A stretch of 38,058 nucleotides of DNA, taken from a virus. The notes under the pieces are model-generated. The model ran no database searches, was not told the origin of the DNA, and worked only from the letters and a program-made list of their open reading frames with translations. Each line of letters opens with the position of its first letter. The first letter of the stretch is position 1. This document shows positions 17,285 through 25,530 of this stretch, piece after piece. A program made the translations under genes and the position numbers. The stretch lies in IMG/VR virus record IMGVR_UViG_3300014202_000313, positions 1 through 38,058 of that record. The stretch is one strand, 5' to 3'.

Positions 17285-17947
17285 ATGACGCATTTACGTA
17301 AGTCGTTAATCATTTTATCTTTAGCCATTACATTGATTGCCTGCAGTCTCTTTGTATCTAAGTCATCAAAACAAGAAAGCAATAAGGCCACCGCTGTATA
17401 TTCGATAAATAATGATGCACAACAAAGATTTGAATATGCATTAAATGTCGTCTTAGCCCATGAAGGAGGATATACAGATGATAAAGACGATCCAGGAGGC
17501 GCCACTCGATGGGGAATAAGTCTTAAATTCTTAAAGCAATTAAATTATGACGTAGACGGTGACGGGGATGTTGATAAAGATGACATATTTAAACTCACTC
17601 GCACGGATGCAGATAAAATATACCTGAAACACTTCTGGGATAAATATAATTTTGATGACATAGAAGATTTGGAAATAGCAACCAAATTATTCGATACATG
17701 TGTGAATATTGGCCCAACCCCAACTAACCGATTAGTTCGCCAAACATTCAATGCTATTTTAGTTGAAAAAGTTCCAGTTAATGGACCTATTGATGAAGAC
17801 ATTCTGGAAATGCTCAGCATGGTTTACACTGATGTGTTTTTAGAGGAATTTAGGAAGCAACAAGCAGATTATTATCTTGCATTAATTAAGAAAAATCCAA
17901 AATTAGCTAAATATGAGAATGGATGGCTTAATCGAGCCGCTTCTTGA
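17285..17947 (+). CDS. GH108-family endolysin (N-acetylmuramidase) with a lipoprotein-type signal and an EF-hand-like insertion
   Basis: VLAHEGGYTDDKDDPGGATRWGIS is the GH108 signature. The N-terminus SLIILSLAITLIAC contains the lipobox L-I-A-C. The insert is DVDGDGDVDKDD. Confidence 0.85.
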   Translation: MTHLRKSLIILSLAITLIACSLFVSKSSKQESNKATAVYSINNDAQQRFEYALNVVLAHEGGYTDDKDDPGGATRWGISLKFLKQLNYDVDGDGDVDKDDIFKLTRTDADKIYLKHFWDKYNFDDIEDLEIATKLFDTCVNIGPTPTNRLVRQTFNAILVEKVPVNGPIDEDILEMLSMVYTDVFLEEFRKQQADYYLALIKKNPKLAKYENGWLNRAAS

Positions 17948-18300
17948 AGCTTGGGCCTGAGGATGTTCAGTCCATCATTCTTTATGATTGGATTATATAC
18001 AATAAATTAGACAGTATCACTTTCCATGTGGCCAATGAGAGGAAGGCGCTTCCTCAGTCTGCAAAAATCCTTGAGCGAAAAGGAGTAAAGGCTGGCGTTT
18101 CAGATTACTTTGTAATGAGGCCAATGAACCCTTATGCTGGCCTCATTATCGAATTAAAAATAAAGCCTAACAAACCCACCAAAGAACAATTAAAGTTTCT
18201 AGAAACCATGAATAAAGAAGGGTATTTGGCAGTAGTTCGTTGGTCAGCACAAGAAGCTATAGAAACTATTAAAGATTATCTCATGATTTCATCAACATAG
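17944..18300 (+). CDS. VRR-NUC domain nuclease
   Basis: GVSDYFVMRP...GLIIELKIKPNKPTKEQLKFLETMNKEGYLAVV matches the VRR-NUC D...E.K core. The TTG start overlaps the endolysin stop. Confidence 0.75.
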   Translation: MKLGPEDVQSIILYDWIIYNKLDSITFHVANERKALPQSAKILERKGVKAGVSDYFVMRPMNPYAGLIIELKIKPNKPTKEQLKFLETMNKEGYLAVVRWSAQEAIETIKDYLMISST

Positions 18301-18440
18301 AGATGTGTATGAACAACGGTGTTGGTTTTATTATCCATTATATCTGAAACATGTGGATGTTGATGGATAACGATGATATTTTCTTCTTCCATCATGCATC
18401 CTGATAATAGTAAAAGGCTAGCTAGTAATAAGTTCTTCAT
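18276..18440 (-). CDS. Small His-rich lipoprotein (54 aa from the ATG at 18440)
   Basis: MKNLLLASLLLLSGC contains the lipobox L-S-G-C. The mature part is MMEEENIIVIHQHPHVSDIMDNKTNTVVHTHLYVDEIMR. The 5' end overlaps the helicase 3' end. Confidence 0.55.
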   Translation of the reverse strand: MKNLLLASLLLLSGCMMEEENIIVIHQHPHVSDIMDNKTNTVVHTHLYVDEIMR

Positions 18441-20121
18441 TATAAATCCTCTTATGTATTTTATATTGATTGGTATCAAATGAGCATTCCAGTTTGCTCG
18501 GAGTTTGGATAAAATTCAACATTCTTCTTAATGCTGCTACAGAATGTAGTTGAGGATAATATTGACTTGGTTTATCGAAAGCGGTTCTTACATACTGACC
18601 ATAGAATATGTTTTTTGTTCGCGAATCTCGAATCACGAATGATTCATAAATTTGAATGCCTTCAATAGTTAAGTACATGGCGTGGAATATTGGGTATCCA
18701 TTGTCTCCAATCCAATACCTGGCACTATTAACAGTAAATGATTCTTTTTGTTTGGTTGCTGCTTTTGGGGTTAATTTGGCATTGGGGTCAATAAGTTCTG
18801 CGTTACAGGAGCGACACAATCTGCTTGTTTTGTCATTTCTTTCGCCGCAGGATTCGCAATCTTTCCATTCAAAAAAATGGTCACAGCGATTATTATCATG
18901 AAGCCCAATGCAGCGCCTAGAATGGACGGTATTTTTTGTGCCGCACTTGAGACACGGAATGCAGTAATCTTTTTCATTTTCTTCCTGTGGTTGAAGGGCT
19001 GCATTGATAATAGGCTCATCGATATCGCCGTGCCGATCTAGGTTTGCTGCGTAATCCAGGATTAGGGCGCTAGTTTTGTTAGGATGTAGTCTCAAAACCC
19101 TACCAATTCCTTGAGTATACAATACGAGGCTTTCCGTCGGTCTGAGCCATGCGCACACGTCGTAGGATGGAATATCAACGCCCACATTAAGAACATTGAC
19201 GTTAATAAGATAGCGGAGAGTGCCGTTACGCGCTCTTTCAATGATTGATTTCCTTTCTTCATGTGGTGTCTCTCCTGTGACAATAGCCCATTCGCCATCT
19301 GGCAATGATTTTGCGCATTCTTCGCAATGTTTTCTGGTTGCTGCAAATATGAATGCTCCCGTTCTATTTTTCATGACTAATTGCAATTCTTGCATTATCT
19401 TTGCAGTTAATCTGGAGTTTTTATCGATGACTTTTTGTAATTCTGCTGTATTAAACTTTCCCATATTGTTAATACGAATATTTGAGAAATCATAGGATTC
19501 CGTTTTTGTTATGCCGAATTTAGGAGGTGTTAAATAGCCTTCTTTGATTAGCCATGAAGTTGATATGTTGCAGATTTCTTCTTTGAAAAATTGGTCGTCG
19601 CCTATTATTGTATGGCCTTTTCCTCGGTATGGTGTTCCTGTTAATCCTACAACTCTATAGCTATAGCCTTTTGTTTGTGCCATTCTTCCGTAATGATTAA
19701 TTATTCGGTGAAACATTGTATCCGTATCATTCGGATCTACATTATGCGCTTCATCAATTACTATGAGCCTAAATGGCTCGTTCTCGATAGCATCATGGTT
19801 CTTTATACTCTGGGCTATAGAATGGGGGCTGGCGAATATGACACATGGCTTGGTGTCTTTAGCATTCAATCCAGCGCAATAGATACCTGGGTTTCCGCCT
19901 TGATTTTTGTACGCGTCATGGTTTTGTTGTATTAGGGTGCTATTGAGGGTTAGGCATAAGCATTTGTAGTTTGATTTTTCCATTGATAACAACAATTCAG
20001 CGATTATGAGAGATTTTCCGGCTCCTACCGACGCTGTTACTAGCAATGGATGCGTTGTTTCTTTTAGTCGTTTTTTTAGCTTGGTTAATGCGTCAATCTG
20101 ATAAGGACGGAGGATTTTCAT
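18418..20121 (-). CDS. SF2 (DEAD/DEAH-box) DNA helicase with C-terminal zinc ribbons
   Basis: Walker A is SVGAGKS and the DEAH box is VIDEAHN. The helicase C-domain motifs are TQGIGRVLR. The C-terminus is CIPCLKCG...CESCGERND...CRSCN. Confidence 0.85.
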   Translation of the reverse strand: MKILRPYQIDALTKLKKRLKETTHPLLVTASVGAGKSLIIAELLLSMEKSNYKCLCLTLNSTLIQQNHDAYKNQGGNPGIYCAGLNAKDTKPCVIFASPHSIAQSIKNHDAIENEPFRLIVIDEAHNVDPNDTDTMFHRIINHYGRMAQTKGYSYRVVGLTGTPYRGKGHTIIGDDQFFKEEICNISTSWLIKEGYLTPPKFGITKTESYDFSNIRINNMGKFNTAELQKVIDKNSRLTAKIMQELQLVMKNRTGAFIFAATRKHCEECAKSLPDGEWAIVTGETPHEERKSIIERARNGTLRYLINVNVLNVGVDIPSYDVCAWLRPTESLVLYTQGIGRVLRLHPNKTSALILDYAANLDRHGDIDEPIINAALQPQEENEKDYCIPCLKCGTKNTVHSRRCIGLHDNNRCDHFFEWKDCESCGERNDKTSRLCRSCNAELIDPNAKLTPKAATKQKESFTVNSARYWIGDNGYPIFHAMYLTIEGIQIYESFVIRDSRTKNIFYGQYVRTAFDKPSQYYPQLHSVAALRRMLNFIQTPSKLECSFDTNQYKIHKRIYNEELITS

Positions 20122-20127
20122 ATGTTT

Positions 20128-20628
20128 TTATAAATCTTTAAGCCATTTATCCAATAGATCAAAATCATGATTTATTTGTTCGATCATCTTTATTCTTTTT
20201 TTTGACATTCTGTCCGCAATAAGATTAATTTTTTCATTATAAATTTTCTCTGGGAGCTTATCTTCATTTATATTATCAAGCATATTAGGAGACGGAGAAA
20301 TATTTTCTAGAGATTTCATGCAATGATAGAAATTCTCAATTAGCATAATTCCTTTTTCGCATTTAAATTGTGATTGATACAATTCCGCCATTTCCACATC
20401 TTTAAAACATCCTTCGAATTTTGTGATTAATTGCCAATAAATATTGCGACATACTTTTTGATAAGAATTCCTTAAAGATGTTGTAGAGCATCCCTGTTCG
20501 TGTGAAATCTCCAATAAAGATTTTTTCTTTTTTGCAACCAAGAGCGCTCTTTCTGAATGTTGAATTCTTAACTTACTACTCCAGGTGAAATCAAATTTAT
20601 AGACATTTTCAATTACTTGCATTTGCAT
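20128..20628 (-). CDS. Hypothetical protein with a possible sigma region-4 / LuxR-like HTH segment
   Basis: SERALLVAKKKKSLLEISHEQGCSTTSLRNSYQKVCRNI looks like an HTH. This is a weak call made by eye. Confidence 0.4.
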   Translation of the reverse strand: MQMQVIENVYKFDFTWSSKLRIQHSERALLVAKKKKSLLEISHEQGCSTTSLRNSYQKVCRNIYWQLITKFEGCFKDVEMAELYQSQFKCEKGIMLIENFYHCMKSLENISPSPNMLDNINEDKLPEKIYNEKINLIADRMSKKRIKMIEQINHDFDLLDKWLKDL

Positions 20629-21322
20629 ATTCCTCTTTCGCTTTTAAATAGGCTGCGTGGGCTTCTTCGGGGGTGTCAAATCCACCTAATGTTGATTCCT
20701 CAGTCTTCCATCTCAATCTGGCGTAATATTTATTTCTAGATTTCATAACACCAGGAAATCCATGTTTATTCGTTACATTTATTTTTATTCTTGGGTTTAA
20801 TTCCTTAATGATTTCTTTAATTTCAACTTCTTCAGAAAATCCGTTATCAATCAATTCTAAACATTTATCATATATTTTTTGAGCTTCCTCTTGTGTTTTA
20901 TAACCACCCATAGAAACAGCTTTTCTATTTAAAAAGAATCTCACTTTCCATCTTCCTTGATGAAAATAACAAGAATTTTTCGATCTCAAAGAATTATTGA
21001 ATTCAGACTTACTAATAGAAATCATATTTTCTATTTTTGTATTGGTTATATTTTCATCTTTAAATTTTATAACTTTGGGCTTTAATTTATGATGATAAAG
21101 ATATATTAAATGTGATAAAGCAAAATAATAATTTTTACCATTTACCTTAAGGTTTGTATGTATTACGGGACGTCTATTGTCATAGTAGTTTGCGAAACAT
21201 CCCAGAATAGATCCTGCTTTTTTTGCATTCGATAAATCTTTTAGCGCTATCAATTCCCCATCTTCATACCGATAATGTTCATGCAAATAATCATAGATTT
21301 GTTGTACTTCTTCTTCAGTCAT
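20609..21322 (-). CDS. AP2-domain protein derived from an HNH-AP2 homing endonuclease; the HNH core looks degenerate
   Basis: It has two AP2-like modules (YFHQGRWKVRFF...GGYKTQEEAQKIYD and GVMKSRNKYYARLRW...LGGFDTPEEAHAAYLKA). The HNH_3-like stretch reads IKFKDENITNTKIENM where I expect (D/N)H..GN...N..(E/S)NL. Confidence 0.6.
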   Translation of the reverse strand: MTEEEVQQIYDYLHEHYRYEDGELIALKDLSNAKKAGSILGCFANYYDNRRPVIHTNLKVNGKNYYFALSHLIYLYHHKLKPKVIKFKDENITNTKIENMISISKSEFNNSLRSKNSCYFHQGRWKVRFFLNRKAVSMGGYKTQEEAQKIYDKCLELIDNGFSEEVEIKEIIKELNPRIKINVTNKHGFPGVMKSRNKYYARLRWKTEESTLGGFDTPEEAHAAYLKAKEEYANASN

Positions 21323-21359
21323 GTAAAATCCTAAAATCTGACCATTATATTTGTCTACA

Positions 21360-21396
21360 AGTTTGTATCTATCTTTCCAATCGATAGATACAAACT
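21360..21396 (-). terminator. Perfect 14-bp inverted repeat (agtttgtatctatc / gatagatacaaact, 9-nt loop) closing the GX cassette
   Basis: Read directly. It starts 2 nt after the stop of the 57-aa ORF. There is no strong U-tract, so it could be a terminator, an RNase III site or a stabiliser. Confidence 0.45.
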
Positions 21397-21397
21397 C

Positions 21398-21571
21398 TTA
21401 CTTTTCATACCCCGAATTAATCTCAACCCTCAAAGCAGTCAATTGAAACTGCAATGTTCTAATCCTTTCTTCAAACACCATCTTCACATGGGAATAAAAT
21501 ACAATTCCCATAATGCTAGCAGCTACAGCACCACCGACAAATCCAGCTATTAATACATCAATTTCACTCAT
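21398..21571 (-). CDS. Small membrane protein (57 aa; one TM plus an amphipathic helix); not in the ORF track
   Basis: MSEIDVLIAGFVGGAVAASIMGIVFYSHVKMVFEERIRTLQFQLTALRVEINSGYEK. Its ATG overlaps the upstream TGA (ATGA). Confidence 0.55.
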   Translation of the reverse strand: MSEIDVLIAGFVGGAVAASIMGIVFYSHVKMVFEERIRTLQFQLTALRVEINSGYEK

Positions 21572-21696
21572 CTCGCTCTCATCAAATCCACTATATCTGC
21601 CAACAATTGCTCGGTTATCGCTTCAATCTGTTCTGGCATCAGCCCGGAAGACACCAGGTTGCTTTTTATTGTTTGTTTTAGCTTTTCAATGTCCAT
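21568..21696 (-). CDS. Small helical protein (42 aa); not in the ORF track
   Basis: MDIEKLKQTIKSNLVSSGLMPEQIEAITEQLLADIVDLMRAR. AGGAAC lies upstream of the ATG at 21696. Confidence 0.5.
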   Translation of the reverse strand: MDIEKLKQTIKSNLVSSGLMPEQIEAITEQLLADIVDLMRAR

Positions 21697-21717
21697 ATTG
21701 GTTCCTATATTTGGTGA

Positions 21718-21953
<236 letters not shown>

Positions 21954-21966
<13 letters not shown>

Positions 21967-22301
21967 ATTGCGACGCTCTCAATTGATTTTTTTGCTTTTT
22001 CAGAAACATTTAATATTTCGATAGCATTTAATAATTCAACACGACTAACAGCACATGGAAATTTACAGTTTTCTGGTTTCGATGTTCCCTCCATGGCAAG
22101 CTGAGATAAAGATGCCGCACCATCCCAATACCACAATCTTCTAGCATTTTTCATTACGATTGATTCAGCACTCCTGGAATCAATATACCCAGCAAAAACG
22201 CCAGCAGAATAAGTCCGAACAATCACATAATCAGAAATTTTTGATTCATCAATATCTGATTTCTTAATATAAGTTTCGCCATTTATTTCTATTTCATTCA
22301 T
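21954..22301 (-). CDS. Conserved-looking phage early protein of unknown function (115 aa), translationally coupled to the GX gene
   Basis: VIVRTYSAGVFAGYI...ARRLWYWDGAASLSQLAMEG is a motif I recognise from early regions of other phages, but I do not recall a family name. Its last 13 nt overlap the GX start. Confidence 0.65.
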
Positions 22302-22509
22302 TTTTATTTTCCTATATTAGGGACCTATTTCACCACTTTTGCATTTATTTAAATGCCCATCTTTCTCTCTAAATTAAGTTGACAATAGGCGTGAATTGCA
22401 CACGCTATCATGATTATGAGGTGTCATGATTGGTTTTTGATGCCACTAGAAAGCATCCTCACATCGTTTCCCCAGAATGCCACTGTCCATTCAGCTATTG
22501 TCATATTAT

Positions 22510-23052
22510 TTAAAATGGAATATCCCCAATTAAATCCTCGCTTGCAACCCTAGAATTCCTAGACAACGCACTATCAGGAAAACCAGTTGTAACTGGTGTA
22601 TGGCCAGTTTTAACTTCAAGTTTATCCATTGCGTGGACCTCTCTAATCCACGTCTTCTCTTTGCCTTCTATAATGCTATTTCCGGCCTTTACAGAGCATT
22701 TTAGTCCAAGAAAAGGAACTAGGTCGTTTTCGGATGGCGCGTTTGAATGAGTGGGCTTTAATTCAGCTAGATTGTAGAGTCTCATGAACATATTCTTCGA
22801 TCGATTTGCCTTCTTTTCGTCTTGAGAAAACGGATTGATGGATTGTTTAACCATTGTATTAGCAAAATCCCCATCGATTAGTTTCCATGTAACCTGATAT
22901 AGCTTTTCGCCACCAAAGTCAGTTGGAAGAAAGTTTGTTATTACAGCATTCGCCTGCGTCCCGTCTGGAACATGTCCAAAGTTAGATGCAAATGATGCGC
23001 TGTCCGAACCAGTCGGTTTAGATCCATCAGATAAATCCCAGAATCCACTCAT
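22510..23052 (-). CDS. SSB-like protein (DUF669-type) ending in the SSB C-terminal tip motif DIPF
   Basis: It sits next to the AAA_24 ATPase, as in Sak4 modules. The C-terminus is ...SEDLIGDIPF; E. coli SSB ends ...DDDIPF. Confidence 0.6.
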   Translation of the reverse strand: MSGFWDLSDGSKPTGSDSASFASNFGHVPDGTQANAVITNFLPTDFGGEKLYQVTWKLIDGDFANTMVKQSINPFSQDEKKANRSKNMFMRLYNLAELKPTHSNAPSENDLVPFLGLKCSVKAGNSIIEGKEKTWIREVHAMDKLEVKTGHTPVTTGFPDSALSRNSRVASEDLIGDIPF

Positions 23053-23083
23053 TGTTCTATCTCCTCGTTGAAGTATTCATGCA

Positions 23084-23620
23084 TTAAATGTTTTTCCAAA
23101 TTAATCTTAATTTTATATAACGTATATTTTGAGTCGTTACGCCAAATCTATTTGCTATATTTTTTATGCTATACCCCATATCTAGCTGTTTTCTTATTTC
23201 GATAACATCTTTAGCCTTTAATTTGGATAAATTATTTTCTTCGCCGTATCGGGCTGGGATTAAGTAATTTCTTTTTTTCCTTTTGCAATCATTCATATTT
23301 TCTTTATGTGTTCCAAGCCTAAGATGATCTGGCGCTACACAAGATGGATTATCACACAAATGCATCACTTCTAAGCCCTTTGGAATTTCTCCTACATGTC
23401 TTTCATAGGAAAATCTATGGGCTCTTTTTTGTCCTGATCTATCATAGAATATGCCATATCCATAATGCCCTTTACCGCCTATATATTTCATGCACCCATT
23501 TTCATCTGGTAATAAAACATTCGAATAGAATATATTCATAATCGTATTTATGATTCCCGGATGATATCTAACATAGTTTGGCGAACTTTTAATTCTTTTA
23601 GTCTCCACAATCCACCTCAT
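23084..23620 (-). CDS. HNH homing endonuclease (HNH_3-type) with a C-terminal HTH
   Basis: GYGIFYDRSGQKRAHRFSYERHVGEIPKGLEVMHLCDNPSCVAPDHLRLGTHKENMND. The C-terminus IKNIANRFGVTTQNIRYI looks like an HTH. It is inserted between the ATPase and the SSB-like gene. Confidence 0.85.
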   Translation of the reverse strand: MRWIVETKRIKSSPNYVRYHPGIINTIMNIFYSNVLLPDENGCMKYIGGKGHYGYGIFYDRSGQKRAHRFSYERHVGEIPKGLEVMHLCDNPSCVAPDHLRLGTHKENMNDCKRKKRNYLIPARYGEENNLSKLKAKDVIEIRKQLDMGYSIKNIANRFGVTTQNIRYIKLRLIWKNI

Positions 23621-24272
23621 TCTCGTATTGATTTATTCTATTTACAATAGCCATCAAATCATTATCTATTAACATCTCTTCATGCATACCCATCGAAGAA
23701 CGAGCCATATGAACGCCATCATTATTAGTTAAAAACTTGTGTTTGCCTTCAATTATTAAAGCGTGATAAACGCAAGTAAATTTGCCCTCAATAACAACAT
23801 ATTGATCAATCATTTTTCCTATTGTTCTTGGTTTGTATTTGCCGTTCTGATCAATTTCGGTATGCATTATAACAAAGCAAAATAAGTCATCCCGAAGAGA
23901 GGTTATTGAATCAAAAACTTTAAAAGCTGCGACCCCTATATCAGTAAATTTTTTATAACCGACTTCAGACGCTCTTCTCATGAATGAATTAGTCAATGTA
24001 TAGCCAAAATCATCGATTACTAAATATTTTATATCTAATCTTGTTTCATTTATTAATTTTATAACGCGAAGAATAGAAGAAGGGTCATCATTAATATAAT
24101 AATTCCCCTCCAGGCCATCAGGACTTAATTTTTTATATTTATTTTTGAATCCTCGGAAAGGCAGAGATTTTCCAATAACATTCACGATCATAGTTTCTTC
24201 TGGAGGAAGGGTTTTTACGGAGGTACTTTTCCCACATCCACTTTCCCCAATGATAAGTATCGAGCTGGACAT
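23598..24272 (-). CDS. AAA_24 / Sak4-like recombination ATPase
   Basis: The N-terminal Walker A is LIIGESGCGKST and Walker B is YLVIDDFG. Size and synteny match the Sak4 family. Confidence 0.75.
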   Translation of the reverse strand: MSSSILIIGESGCGKSTSVKTLPPEETMIVNVIGKSLPFRGFKNKYKKLSPDGLEGNYYINDDPSSILRVIKLINETRLDIKYLVIDDFGYTLTNSFMRRASEVGYKKFTDIGVAAFKVFDSITSLRDDLFCFVIMHTEIDQNGKYKPRTIGKMIDQYVVIEGKFTCVYHALIIEGKHKFLTNNDGVHMARSSMGMHEEMLIDNDLMAIVNRINQYENEVDCGD

Positions 24273-24273
24273 T

Positions 24274-24672
24274 TTATACCCCCGAAGTTATCGTAATGTT
24301 TAATTTTGCAGGTTTCTTAGAAATTATCTCATTAATTATTTCTAGTTCTTTTTCAGACGCATGAACATATGAATCCCTAAGTGTTTTTTTATTTATTTCA
24401 TATTTTGTAACCCTGGTTATTGGATCTATTGAGCTATTAAGATGACGCCCCAACATCTCATATTTTTCCTTATCCAGCGTGTAATTAAATCCAGTGCGAA
24501 CCGTAATTTTCCAGCGTCCTTCAATATAAGTTTTTTGTCCATCCTCTCCATGCTCAAGAGTCGCAGACAATCTTTGCTCAAGCTCCTCTTTCATACGGGT
24601 CAATTCCGCAAGCTGATAGTTAATCTGATTTAACGTTTTAGCTGTATCTTGAATATAATCTTCACGTAACAT
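24274..24672 (-). CDS. Hypothetical protein (132 aa), first gene of the leftward replication/recombination operon
   Basis: It has a coiled N-terminus. It occupies the slot upstream of AAA_24 that often holds Gp157-type proteins. The family was not verified. Confidence 0.6.
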   Translation of the reverse strand: MLREDYIQDTAKTLNQINYQLAELTRMKEELEQRLSATLEHGEDGQKTYIEGRWKITVRTGFNYTLDKEKYEMLGRHLNSSIDPITRVTKYEINKKTLRDSYVHASEKELEIINEIISKKPAKLNITITSGV

Positions 24673-24709
24673 CTTATTCTCCGTTTAGCATCACAATTGA
24701 TGAAACTTA

Positions 24710-24738
24710 ATTATAGATGAAATAATTTGCGCGCGCAA
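24710..24738 (-). promoter_or_regulatory. Leftward early promoter TTGCGC-17-TATAAT
   Basis: On the minus strand: ttgcgc gcgcaaattatttcatc tataat (-35 = 24733-24738, -10 = 24710-24715). Confidence 0.65.
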
Positions 24739-24755
24739 CATGTTTCATATAAAAT
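24727..24755 (+). promoter_or_regulatory. Rightward early promoter TTGCGC-17-TAAAAT. Its -35 overlaps the leftward -35 within the palindrome TTGCGCGCGCAA.
   Basis: ttgcgc gcgcaacatgtttcata taaaat (-35 = 24727-24732, -10 = 24750-24755). Confidence 0.65.
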
Positions 24756-24774
24756 ATATCTGGAGGTAATTATT

Positions 24775-24969
24775 ATGAAAATAGAAGAATTAAAGGCTCA
24801 TTTTACAAATGCATATCGTTTTGAGATGAAGACTGGAATGGCTGCTAATAGCTTTCGCAATTGGGTTAAATGGGGATTTATTCCTATGACATCGCAATGT
24901 CGTATAGAGCGTTTTACAAAGGGCAAATTGAAGGCTGACTTTGATCATGCGAGGAAGCATGTCGATTGA
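24775..24969 (+). CDS. Cro/YdaS-like HTH regulator
   Basis: GGAGG RBS. The protein MKIEELKAHFTNAYRFEMKTGMAANSFRNWVKWGFIPMTSQCRIERFTKGKL fits the YdaS/Cro pattern (..W...g.iP.....iE..T.G.l). It is the first rightward early gene. Confidence 0.65.
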   Translation: MKIEELKAHFTNAYRFEMKTGMAANSFRNWVKWGFIPMTSQCRIERFTKGKLKADFDHARKHVD

Positions 24970-25150
24970 AGATGAGCTCGAGGAGTTTCGAGTATGGCGA
25001 AAGGAAAGATTAAAGCGTAGTCCGCTTGAAGAAGCTTTTGATTCTTTGGAGCGCATTATCGACAATCCTTTTTATCGGGGATATGACAGTGCTTTTCGGT
25101 TGATGATGAAGTGTTTGGTGTTGCTTAGAGAGGAGATGGAGAAAAAATGA
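24959..25150 (+). CDS. Hypothetical early protein (63 aa; alternative starts at 24941 and 24947)
   Basis: GAGG lies 4 nt before the ATG at 24959, and the gene overlaps the Cro-like stop. Confidence 0.55.
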   Translation: MSIEDELEEFRVWRKERLKRSPLEEAFDSLERIIDNPFYRGYDSAFRLMMKCLVLLREEMEKK

Positions 25151-25281
25151 TGGATAGGATACTAGTAAAAATAGGAAATTTTTTATTAATCAGTTCTATA
25201 ATTATGGGTGGTTTTTTTGCATTAACATGGCCATTTTTTGTTACGTGGGTAATACTACATTTTATTATTAAGTGGTGGTAG
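25147..25281 (+). CDS. Small membrane protein (44 aa, two hydrophobic segments); not in the ORF track
   Basis: MMDRILVKIGNFLLISSIIMGGFFALTWPFFVTWVILHFIIKWW. Its ATG overlaps the upstream TGA. Confidence 0.5.
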   Translation: MMDRILVKIGNFLLISSIIMGGFFALTWPFFVTWVILHFIIKWW

Positions 25282-25284
25282 ATA

Positions 25285-25530
25285 ATGAATAACAAAGAGT
25301 TGAACGACTTAATGGTTTGCTCTTTTCGTTATGCGATGGGTAGAAGAACGTATATTGCAAGTACCATATCGGATATTCTGATTAAGCATAAAGAAGAATT
25401 ATCAACGCAAAGCAAAGAAAGTATTTTGCGGGATATTCAACGTGCTCTAAATGCGAATAATTACGGAATGGATATGGATAAAGAAGTCTGGGTTAAATTA
25501 CAAGAGGAGTTGCTAAATGACAAAGTTTGA
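25285..25530 (+). CDS. Hypothetical early protein with the CSFRYAMGRRTY motif
   Basis: The motif resembles a recurrent prophage early-protein motif (A.RYA.GR.TY). The family name is not recalled. Confidence 0.6.
   Translation: MNNKELNDLMVCSFRYAMGRRTYIASTISDILIKHKEELSTQSKESILRDIQRALNANNYGMDMDKEVWVKLQEELLNDKV

Noticed and set aside
22427-22504. A 26-codon minus-strand ORF (MTIAEWTVAFWGNDV...) in the 208-bp spacer
   Set aside because: It has no Shine-Dalgarno sequence and is very short. It is treated as non-coding spacer pending expression data.
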